A DNA stretch of 64,000 nucleotides from Kiloniellaceae bacterium (GTDB taxonomy: Bacteria > Pseudomonadota > Alphaproteobacteria > Kiloniellales > J153): the NCBI GenBank assembly GCA_046758005.1, contig JBHHZJ010000003.1, positions 4,469 through 68,468 on the forward strand, in the 5' to 3' direction. Both the position numbers and the translations under genes were made by a program. Every line of letters begins with the position of its first letter. Position 1 is the first letter of the stretch. Below the pieces are notes generated by a model. It was not told where the DNA came from. It saw nothing but the letters and a program-made list of their open reading frames with translations, and ran no database searches. This document shows, in pieces, positions 43,265 to 52,531 of this stretch.

Positions 43265-45031
43265 ATGTCCTTCAACAAGTACTTCCAGGACGAGCTGGCC
43301 TATCTGCGGGAGCTGGGGCGCGAATTCTCCGACGCCAACCCCAAGCTCGCCCCGTTTCTCGCCGACAGCGGCAACGATCCCGACGTGGAGCGCCTGCTCG
43401 AGGGCTTCGCCTTCCTCGCCGGGCGCATCCGCCAGAAGCTCGAGGACGAGCTCCCGGAACTGACGCACAGCCTGATCACCCTGCTCTGGCCCCATTTCCT
43501 GCGGCCGGTGCCGTCCATGTCGATCCTGGAGTTCCAGCCGATCCCGAGCGCCATGTCCGGCACCGCGGTCATCAAGAAGGGCGTGGAGGTCGACTCGGTC
43601 CCCGTGGAGGACACCGCGTGCCGGTTCCGCACCTGTTACGACGTCGATCTCCATCCCTTGAGCCTGGTCAAGGCGGACTTGCAACGCACGGCCGCCGCCT
43701 CGGTCCTGCGGCTCGGGTTCGCCTTGGAACCCGGCGCCTCGCTCGACCGGCTCGGGCTGAAGTCCCTGCGCCTCTACCTGCACGGCGACCCGAGCCTCAG
43801 CAAGAGCCTCTATCTGTGGCTGTCGCGCCACCTGGAAAAGGTCACGGTGAGCGCGGGTGGCGGGCCCGGCGACGAGAACGCCTTCACCCTGCCGCCGGAC
43901 CTGGTGCGCCCGGTGGGCTTCGCCGAGGACGAGGGGCTGCTGCCTTACCCGCCCAACGCGTTCGTCGCGTACCGGCTGCTCCAGGAGTATTTCAACCTTC
44001 CGGAGAAGTTTCTGTTTCTCGACATCGAGGGGCTGCGGCCGCTCGCCCGGTTCAAGATGGCCGATCGTTTCGAACTGGCCTTCGAATTCTCCCGTCCCTT
44101 AGAGGATCAGGTCCGGCCCAAGAAGGACACCTTCCGCCTTTATTGCACGCCCATCGTCAACCTGTTCGTTCGCGACGCGGACCCGATCCGCGTCGACCAA
44201 ACCAAGGCGGAGTACCGGGTCCGGCCGTCGGGCAAGGAACCGAGCCACTACGAGACGTACTCCATCGACCAGGTCGAAGGGTGGGTCCAAGGCACGGGCA
44301 AGCGCCGCGTCTACAAGGCCTTCGAATCGTTCGAGCATGTCCGGGAGGCAGGGACGCCCGCCGGCGGGATCTTCTACCGGAGCCGGGTCTATCCGGCGGT
44401 CGTCGGCCGCAGCCTGGAGACTTATGTCTCCTTCGTCACCGCCGGGGACAGCCGCACGATGCCGCCGACCGAGACGATCTCGATCCAGCTCACCTGCACC
44501 AACCGCAACCTGGCGGAAAAGCTGCGCGCGGGGGAAATCGCCACGCCCACGGGCACCTCGCCCGAGTTCGCCCGGTTCCGCAACGTGATCCCGGCGCGCC
44601 CGTCGGTCATACCGCCGCTCGATAGCGGCCTGCACTGGCAGCTCATCTCCAACATGTCGCTCAATTACGTGTCGCTGGTGCGCATCGAGGCCTTGCGCAC
44701 CGTGCTCTCGGCCTACGACTTCCGCGCCAAGTACGACCGCAAGGCCGAGCGGGAGAGCCGCTTGCGCCTGGAAGGGCTGGTCGGCGTGCACACAGAGCCG
44801 GTCGATCTCCTGCGCGCCGGCCTGCCGGTCCGGGGCCTGCGCACGCACATGGAGATGCGCGAGAGCAACTTTGCCGGGGAAGGGGACATGTACCTGTTCG
44901 CGTCCGTGCTCAACGAGTTCCTTTCCCTGTTCGCCAGCATCAACTCCTTCCATCAGCTCATCGTGACGGGGGTCGAACACGGAGAGGTCTATAGATGGCC
45001 GGCGAAGAGCGGACAGCAGCTACTCCTCTGA
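43265..45031 (+). CDS. tssF: Type VI secretion baseplate protein TssF
   Basis: MSFNKYFQDELAYLRELGREFSDANPKLAPFLADSGNDPDVERLLEGFAFLAGRIRQKLEDELPE. Confidence 0.95.
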   Translation: MSFNKYFQDELAYLRELGREFSDANPKLAPFLADSGNDPDVERLLEGFAFLAGRIRQKLEDELPELTHSLITLLWPHFLRPVPSMSILEFQPIPSAMSGTAVIKKGVEVDSVPVEDTACRFRTCYDVDLHPLSLVKADLQRTAAASVLRLGFALEPGASLDRLGLKSLRLYLHGDPSLSKSLYLWLSRHLEKVTVSAGGGPGDENAFTLPPDLVRPVGFAEDEGLLPYPPNAFVAYRLLQEYFNLPEKFLFLDIEGLRPLARFKMADRFELAFEFSRPLEDQVRPKKDTFRLYCTPIVNLFVRDADPIRVDQTKAEYRVRPSGKEPSHYETYSIDQVEGWVQGTGKRRVYKAFESFEHVREAGTPAGGIFYRSRVYPAVVGRSLETYVSFVTAGDSRTMPPTETISIQLTCTNRNLAEKLRAGEIATPTGTSPEFARFRNVIPARPSVIPPLDSGLHWQLISNMSLNYVSLVRIEALRTVLSAYDFRAKYDRKAERESRLRLEGLVGVHTEPVDLLRAGLPVRGLRTHMEMRESNFAGEGDMYLFASVLNEFLSLFASINSFHQLIVTGVEHGEVYRWPAKSGQQLLL

Positions 45032-46080
45032 TCGGAGAGCTGCTGCGCAACACGCGGCAGTTCTCGTTCTTCCAGATCGTTCGGCTGCTGGAGAGCCACG
45101 AGTCCGGCTGCGTGCCGGTGGGCCACGACGGCCCGGGCGAGCATGAGGCCATCCGCTTCAGGCCCGACGCCGGACTCGGCTTCCCGAGCGCGGACGCGCA
45201 GTCGATCGAGCGCATCGGGCGGGACGACGGCGGTCCGTCGAAATACCGCCTGACGGTGAACTTCCTCGGCCTTTACGGCTCGGTCTCGCCGCTCCCGGTC
45301 TTCTACACCGAAGACATCATTGCGGGGAACGAGCAGGAGAGTAACCGGCGCGACTTCTTCGACCTGTTCCACCACCGCTACATCTCCTTCTTGTACAGGA
45401 CCTGGGAGAAGTACCGCTACTACCTGCGCTACCGGCCCGGCGCCGAGGACCGGTTCTCGCGGTGGATGTGCGGGTTGATCGGCGTGGCGGAGCCGCCCGG
45501 GGCCGGGCGGCCGCCGGTCGAGCGCCCCGAGCGGGTGTTGTCGAGCATCGGGCTGCTCCTGATGCACAGCCGCTCGGCGGCCACCCTCGAGAAACTCATC
45601 TCGCACTATTTCGACGGCCTGCCGCTGCGCATCGAGCAGTTCGTCGCCCGCCAAGTCGTCATCGAGCCGGCGCAGCGAGCGCGCCTCGGGACGACTAACT
45701 GCACGCTCGGCCGGGATTGCACGATCGGCGAGCGCGTGCCCGACCTGAGCGGCAAATTCCGCATCCGTATCGGGCCCCTTGATTTCCCGACGTTCCGCAA
45801 ATTCCTGCCCGACGGCGAGGGCTACGGGCTGCTCGCCGAGTTGCAGCCTTTCCTGCTCAAGGACCAGCTCGAGTACGACGTGGAGCTCGGCCTGTTCGGC
45901 GCGCAGGTGCCGCCCCTGGAGCTCGCCGCGGACGGTCCGTGCCGCCTGGGGTGGTCGAGCTGGCTCGGCCACCATCCCGGCCGGGACAGCGCGGTCGTGC
46001 TGGCCGGACGATCCGCCGGGCACCCGGGCGGCGGCGCGGGCCGGTTTTTCGGCGCAACGCCGGGCGCGCAGGTGGTATGA
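44995..46080 (+). CDS. tssG: Type VI secretion baseplate protein TssG
   Basis: FSFFQIVRLLES...FRPDAGLGFPSADAQSIE...NFLGLYGSVSPLPVFYTEDI. Overlaps the tssF end by 37 nt. Confidence 0.9.
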   Translation: MAGEERTAATPLIGELLRNTRQFSFFQIVRLLESHESGCVPVGHDGPGEHEAIRFRPDAGLGFPSADAQSIERIGRDDGGPSKYRLTVNFLGLYGSVSPLPVFYTEDIIAGNEQESNRRDFFDLFHHRYISFLYRTWEKYRYYLRYRPGAEDRFSRWMCGLIGVAEPPGAGRPPVERPERVLSSIGLLLMHSRSAATLEKLISHYFDGLPLRIEQFVARQVVIEPAQRARLGTTNCTLGRDCTIGERVPDLSGKFRIRIGPLDFPTFRKFLPDGEGYGLLAELQPFLLKDQLEYDVELGLFGAQVPPLELAADGPCRLGWSSWLGHHPGRDSAVVLAGRSAGHPGGGAGRFFGATPGAQVV

Positions 46081-46309
46081 TGCGTGGACAAAGACGAAGG
46101 GACAGGGGGGCCGGCGACCGCGCCCAGCGCCCGTCCGGCATCCGGGCCGCCGGGCGGCGACGGGCGGACGCATTCGGCCGAACCACAAGTCGTGAGCGGA
46201 CACCGGGCCGGGCCGCAGGATGCCGGCGCGGTCGCCCGTGGGATTTGATCGCGGTGTCCGAGTTAGGCCACGACCCCGACCCAATGATGATACTGCAGGA
46301 GGCGGCACG

Positions 46310-49027
46310 ATGATTGACGTGGATCTCAGGGCGCTGTTGAAGCGGCTCAACGCCTATTGCACCAAGTCCCTGGAGGCGGCCGCCGGCATCTGCGTATCGC
46401 GCGAGAACTACGAGGTCTCCATCGAGCACGTGCTTCTGATCCTGATCGACCATCCTGGCCATGATTTCCAGCTCATTCTGAGACAATTCGAGGTCGATCC
46501 GTCGCGGGTCGAGAAGAGCATCCAGCGCACCGTGGAGGACGCCCGGACCGGGAACGCGGGCAAGCCGGTGTTCTCCCCCTTGCTGATCGAATGGATCCAG
46601 GAGGCCTGGCTGCTCGCCTCGGTGGAATACGGCCTGGGCGAGATCCGCTCCGGCACGCTGATCGCGGCCCTGCTCGCCAATCCCAACCGCTACGGCTACG
46701 GGCGCTACATGGACGAGCTGCGGGCGATCCCGGCCGAGGAATTGCGGCGCAAGTTGCTCGACATCACCGCAGGCTCCAAGGAAGAGACCACGGCCATCAG
46801 GGTCGAACGGCGGGCCGAGGGCGAAGCGCCCGCCGGGCCGCGCGACGACACCGCGCTCGGGCGTTTCACCCTGGACTTCACCGGGCGCGCGCTGGCCGGC
46901 GAGATCGATCCGGTCTTCTGCCGCGATCTGGAGATCCGGCAGATGGTCGATATTTTGGGCCGCCGGCGCAAGAACAACCCGATCGTCGTTGGCGAGGCGG
47001 GGGTCGGCAAGACCGCGGTGGTCGAGGGCCTGGCGCTCAAGGTGGTCGAGGGCGATGTGCCCGAAATCCTGCGCAACGTCGAGATTTACGGACTTGACCT
47101 CGGCCTCCTGCAGGCCGGCGCGGGGGTCAAGGGCGAGTTCGAGAACCGCCTCAAATCGGTGATCGACGAGGTCAAGGGTTCGCCCAAGCCGATCATCCTG
47201 TTCATCGACGAGGCGCACACCCTGATCGGCGCCGGCGGCCAGGCGGGCATGGGCGACGCCGCGAACCTGCTCAAGCCGGCGCTGGCGCGCGGTGAGCTGC
47301 GCACGATCGCCGCGACGACTTGGTCGGAATACAAGAAGTACTTCGAGAAGGACCCGGCGCTCGCGCGGCGCTTCCAGCTCGTCAAGCTCGACGAGCCCTC
47401 GCCCGGGGACGCGGTGACCATCATCCGCGGACTGCGCGAGAAGTACGAGCAGGCGCACGGCGTCTACGTCCGCGACGACGCCGTCGAGGCGGCGGCGCGC
47501 ATGTCGGCGCGCTACATCTCCGGCCGGCAGTTGCCGGACAAGGCGGTGGACGTGCTCGACACCGCCAGCGCGCGGGTCAAGATCAGCGTCAGCTCCAAGC
47601 CCGACGCCCTCGACGACCGGAAGCGCCGGATCAAGACCCTCGAGCGGGAGCTGAACGCGATCCGCCGCGACATCGAGGCCGAGACCCGGCCGAACGACGG
47701 GCGCGTGGAGGAACTGGAAGCCGAGATCGCCGCCGTTCGCGACGAGAGCGCCGAGCTGACACGGAGGTGGGAAGCCGAGCGCGAGGTGGTGGGGCGGGTC
47801 CTCGATCTGCGCCGGCGGCTGGCGCTGGCGAAGGCGGGCGAGGGCGCGGCGGAGGCCGATCCCGGCGACGGCGAGGCCGGCGACGAGGCTGGCGGCACGG
47901 AGGGGACGGACACTCCGCCGGCCGACCCCGCGGCCCTGAAGCGGCAACTGGATCAGGCGATCGCCGAGCTCGCCCAGGTCCGGGGCGCCGACCCGTTGAT
48001 CCATTACGAGGTGGGCCCGCAGGTCGTGGCCTCGGTCATCGCCGACTGGACCGGGATCCCGCTGGGCAAGATGGTCCAGGACGAGGCCCACACCATCCTG
48101 CGTTTCAAGGAGCAGTTGGGACGGCGGATCAAGGGCCAGGACCATGCGGTCGAGGCGCTCGACGAAGGGATCCGCGCGGCCAAGGCGGGGCTGCAGAACC
48201 CCGACGCGCCGATGGGCGTCTTCCTGTTCGTCGGGCCGAGCGGCGTCGGCAAGACCGAGACCGGCTTGAGCCTGGCCGACCTCCTGTTCGGCGGCGAGCG
48301 CTTCATGATCACGATCAACATGTCGGAGTTCCAGGAAAAGCACACGGTCTCGCGCCTGATCGGCTCGCCCCCCGGCTACGTCGGCTACGGCGAGGGCGGC
48401 ATGCTGACCGAGGCGGTGCGCCAGCGGCCTTACTCGGTGGTGTTGCTGGACGAGGTGGAGAAGGCCGACCTGGAGGTGATGAACCTGTTCTATCAGGTGT
48501 TCGACAAGGGCATGCTGTCCGACGGCGAGGGGAGGCTCATCGATTTCAAGAACACGATCATCCTGCTGACCAGCAACCTGGCCTCGGACATCATCACCCA
48601 GATGTGCGGCGCCGGCGAACGCCCGCCGATCGAGACCCTGACCAGCGCCATCAGGCCGGTCCTCAGCAACCACTTCAAACCGGCGCTGCTCGCGCGCATG
48701 CAGATCGTCCCGTTCTACCCGATCGTCGGGGAGGCGATGAAGGAGATCGTCGAGCTGAAGCTGAACCGGCTCGGCGAGCGGCTGCGCGACAGCCAGAAGA
48801 TCGAATTCGTCTGCCTGCCCGAGGTGATCGAACAGATCGGGCAGCGTTGCACCGAGGTCGAGACGGGCGCCCGCAACATCGACCACATCATCAACCGTAC
48901 GCTGCTGCCGCGCATCTCCACGGAAATCCTCAAGGCGATGAGCGAGAAACGGGCCTACGACCGGCTCCAGGTCGGGATCGCGCCGGACGGCGACTTCGCG
49001 TTCGAGTTCGCCGGCGCGCAAGGGTGA
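46310..49027 (+). CDS. tssH: Type VI secretion AAA+ ATPase ClpV (TssH)
   Basis: AGGAGG RBS. Clp N-domain, then two Walker A sites (GEAGVGKTA, GPSGVGKTE). Start at the ATG at 46310. Confidence 0.95.
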   Translation: MIDVDLRALLKRLNAYCTKSLEAAAGICVSRENYEVSIEHVLLILIDHPGHDFQLILRQFEVDPSRVEKSIQRTVEDARTGNAGKPVFSPLLIEWIQEAWLLASVEYGLGEIRSGTLIAALLANPNRYGYGRYMDELRAIPAEELRRKLLDITAGSKEETTAIRVERRAEGEAPAGPRDDTALGRFTLDFTGRALAGEIDPVFCRDLEIRQMVDILGRRRKNNPIVVGEAGVGKTAVVEGLALKVVEGDVPEILRNVEIYGLDLGLLQAGAGVKGEFENRLKSVIDEVKGSPKPIILFIDEAHTLIGAGGQAGMGDAANLLKPALARGELRTIAATTWSEYKKYFEKDPALARRFQLVKLDEPSPGDAVTIIRGLREKYEQAHGVYVRDDAVEAAARMSARYISGRQLPDKAVDVLDTASARVKISVSSKPDALDDRKRRIKTLERELNAIRRDIEAETRPNDGRVEELEAEIAAVRDESAELTRRWEAEREVVGRVLDLRRRLALAKAGEGAAEADPGDGEAGDEAGGTEGTDTPPADPAALKRQLDQAIAELAQVRGADPLIHYEVGPQVVASVIADWTGIPLGKMVQDEAHTILRFKEQLGRRIKGQDHAVEALDEGIRAAKAGLQNPDAPMGVFLFVGPSGVGKTETGLSLADLLFGGERFMITINMSEFQEKHTVSRLIGSPPGYVGYGEGGMLTEAVRQRPYSVVLLDEVEKADLEVMNLFYQVFDKGMLSDGEGRLIDFKNTIILLTSNLASDIITQMCGAGERPPIETLTSAIRPVLSNHFKPALLARMQIVPFYPIVGEAMKEIVELKLNRLGERLRDSQKIEFVCLPEVIEQIGQRCTEVETGARNIDHIINRTLLPRISTEILKAMSEKRAYDRLQVGIAPDGDFAFEFAGAQG

Positions 49028-49033
49028 CGGGCG

Positions 49034-50704
<1,671 letters not shown>

Positions 50705-50747
50705 GGGTGCGGCCGGCCGGTCTGCCGCGCCCGGCGGCGCGGCGCAG

Positions 50748-50797
50748 TGCGCGGGCTTCCGCACGCCCGGGCGGCGATTTGTGCGGATATTCGCGCA
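50748..50797. promoter_or_regulatory. Pair of imperfect 18-bp palindromes (candidate enhancer/UAS for the sigma-54 activator), hcp copy 1
   Basis: TGCGCGGGCTTCCGCACG (50748-50765) and TGTGCGGATATTCGCGCA (50780-50797), approximating TGCGCGG-N4-CCGCGCA. The first site starts 160 bp upstream of TGGCAC. Confidence 0.45.
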
Positions 50798-50906
50798 GTC
50801 GCGCGCGCGGTTGACGTGCCGGCTCCGTGCCGGATGTTCCCGGGGAACCAATTAATATCTCAGTGAAAACAATAAATTATGAGAGATTTTCCGGCGCGGG
50901 CCAAAA

Positions 50907-50922
50907 TTGGCACGGTTCTTGT
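50907..50922 (+). promoter_or_regulatory. Sigma-54 (-24/-12) promoter of hcp copy 1
   Basis: TTGGCACGGTTCTTGT = TGGCAC-N5-TTGT (consensus TGGCAC-N5-TTGC), 55 nt upstream of the hcp ATG. A sigma-54 activator gene lies immediately upstream. Confidence 0.7.
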
Positions 50923-50976
50923 GGGTGGCCGAAGCAGTTTCGCAGCCGATGCGAATTCATGAGGAGGAGAGAGAAG

Positions 50977-51483
50977 ATGCCGACACCAGCATACATGACC
51001 ATCGAGGGTACGACCCAGGGCAACATCACCCAGGGCGCCTTCACCGAGGACAGCGTGGGCAACATCTGGCAGGAGGGCCACGAGGACGAGATTCTGGTCC
51101 AGGCCTTCAAGCACAACGTCATGATCCCGCGCGACCCGCAGAGCGGCCAGCCCTCGGGCCAGCGCGTGCATCAGCCGGTGAGCGTGACCAAGGTCTTCGA
51201 CAAGTCCTCGCCGCTGCTCTACAACGCGCTGTGCTCGGGCGAGTTGCTGCCGAACGTCGAGATCAAGTGGTACCGCACGGCGGGCACGGGCACCCAGGAG
51301 CACTACTTCACGATCAAGCTGGAAGACGCGGTGATCGTGGACATCCAGGGCCAAATGCCGAACTGCCAGGACCCGGGCAACCAGAGCTTCACGCACCTGG
51401 AAGAGGTGTCGTTCAGCTACCGCAAGATCACCTGGAACCACGAGGTGGCCGGCACCTCGGGCAGCGACGACTGGCGCGCGCCC
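50977..51483 (+). repeat. 507-bp direct repeat, copy 1 (hcp coding sequence)
   Basis: Compared by eye with 51890-52396. Single difference at 51009 (T) vs 51922 (C). Confidence 0.95.
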
Positions 51484-51492
51484 GTCGCATAG
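50977..51492 (+). CDS. hcp: Type VI secretion tube protein Hcp (TssD), copy 1
   Basis: MPTPAYMTIEGTTQGNITQGAF...GHEDEILVQAF...QSGQPSGQRVHQP...DKSSPLLYNAL...WYRT...SGSDDWRAP. GAGGAGGAG RBS, its own sigma-54 promoter and a terminator. Confidence 0.95.
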   Translation: MPTPAYMTIEGTTQGNITQGAFTEDSVGNIWQEGHEDEILVQAFKHNVMIPRDPQSGQPSGQRVHQPVSVTKVFDKSSPLLYNALCSGELLPNVEIKWYRTAGTGTQEHYFTIKLEDAVIVDIQGQMPNCQDPGNQSFTHLEEVSFSYRKITWNHEVAGTSGSDDWRAPVA

Positions 51493-51522
51493 CGCGAACA
51501 TACGACGGATACGACGGCGACG

Positions 51523-51556
51523 GCCGGCCCGCCATCCCCGGGCCGGCTTTCCCTTT
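51523..51556 (+). terminator. Rho-independent terminator after hcp copy 1
   Basis: 9-bp GC stem GCCGGCCCG / CGGGCCGGC, 7-nt loop, followed by TTTCCCTTTCC. Lies 31 nt after the stop. Confidence 0.55.
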
Positions 51557-51656
51557 CCATCCGTTCATGCCGACCGCCGCCGATACCGGCCCGGTGAAAC
51601 GAGTCCGTATCGGCGGCGATCGGTATGACTTTATCGGCCGCCCCCATCCGCAACGC

Positions 51657-51707
51657 TGCGCGGGATTCCGCGCGAACCACCAACAGGCCTGCGCGGAAAC
51701 CTGCGCA
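51657..51707. promoter_or_regulatory. Pair of imperfect 18-bp palindromes (candidate enhancer/UAS), hcp copy 2
   Basis: TGCGCGGGATTCCGCGCG (51657-51674) and TGCGCGGAAACCTGCGCA (51690-51707). The first site again starts exactly 160 bp upstream of TGGCAC. Confidence 0.45.
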
Positions 51708-51815
51708 ATCGCCCGCGGCCCGCGAGCGCCCGGGCGCGCGAAGCGGCGCTCCGTGTCGGCGAATAACCGCGTGGAAACAAGAGATTGCAGATTCCGCGCG
51801 GGGCCGGGAGCGGAA

Positions 51816-51831
51816 CTGGCACGGATCTTGT
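51816..51831 (+). promoter_or_regulatory. Sigma-54 (-24/-12) promoter of hcp copy 2 / vgrG operon
   Basis: CTGGCACGGATCTTGT, same spacing as the copy 1 promoter, 59 nt upstream of the ATG. Confidence 0.7.
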
Positions 51832-51889
51832 TATGGGTTGGGCGAGCCTCGAATGCGCTCGCAAGAGTGGACCAACCAGGAGCCGAAAG

Positions 51890-52396
51890 ATGCCGACACC
51901 AGCATACATGACCATCGAGGGCACGACCCAGGGCAACATCACCCAGGGCGCCTTCACCGAGGACAGCGTGGGCAACATCTGGCAGGAGGGCCACGAGGAC
52001 GAGATTCTGGTCCAGGCCTTCAAGCACAACGTCATGATCCCGCGCGACCCGCAGAGCGGCCAGCCCTCGGGCCAGCGCGTGCATCAGCCGGTGAGCGTGA
52101 CCAAGGTCTTCGACAAGTCCTCGCCGCTGCTCTACAACGCGCTGTGCTCGGGCGAGTTGCTGCCGAACGTCGAGATCAAGTGGTACCGCACGGCGGGCAC
52201 GGGCACCCAGGAGCACTACTTCACGATCAAGCTGGAAGACGCGGTGATCGTGGACATCCAGGGCCAAATGCCGAACTGCCAGGACCCGGGCAACCAGAGC
52301 TTCACGCACCTGGAAGAGGTGTCGTTCAGCTACCGCAAGATCACCTGGAACCACGAGGTGGCCGGCACCTCGGGCAGCGACGACTGGCGCGCGCCC
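51890..52396 (+). repeat. 507-bp direct repeat, copy 2 (hcp coding sequence)
   Basis: See copy 1. The flanks on both sides are much more diverged. Confidence 0.95.
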
Positions 52397-52405
52397 AGGG
52401 CCTGA
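51890..52405 (+). CDS. hcp: Type VI secretion tube protein Hcp (TssD), copy 2
   Basis: Nucleotide sequence matches copy 1 at 506 of 507 positions, then the last 2 residues differ (PRA vs PVA). Has its own sigma-54 promoter. Confidence 0.95.
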   Translation: MPTPAYMTIEGTTQGNITQGAFTEDSVGNIWQEGHEDEILVQAFKHNVMIPRDPQSGQPSGQRVHQPVSVTKVFDKSSPLLYNALCSGELLPNVEIKWYRTAGTGTQEHYFTIKLEDAVIVDIQGQMPNCQDPGNQSFTHLEEVSFSYRKITWNHEVAGTSGSDDWRAPRA

Positions 52406-52531
52406 GCGGCCGGGACGGGGCGGGTGCGGCGCAGGCCGCCCCGCCTCGGAAGCCGCCGGGCCACGGGTTTGACCGGTGTCGTCGCGCGCGGCGCAATGCG
52501 GAAATACATGGAAGAGTCGGGAGAGACAGCC

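Noticed and set aside
50977-52405. hcp duplication as a mobile element or IS-mediated event
   Set aside because: There are no transposase or integrase genes, terminal inverted repeats or target-site duplications around the repeat. The repeat boundaries coincide with the coding sequence.
52416-52443. 8-bp GC hairpin between hcp copy 2 and vgrG as a terminator
   Set aside because: It has a 12-nt loop and no U-tract. It is more likely incidental GC-rich secondary structure, and vgrG is probably co-transcribed.
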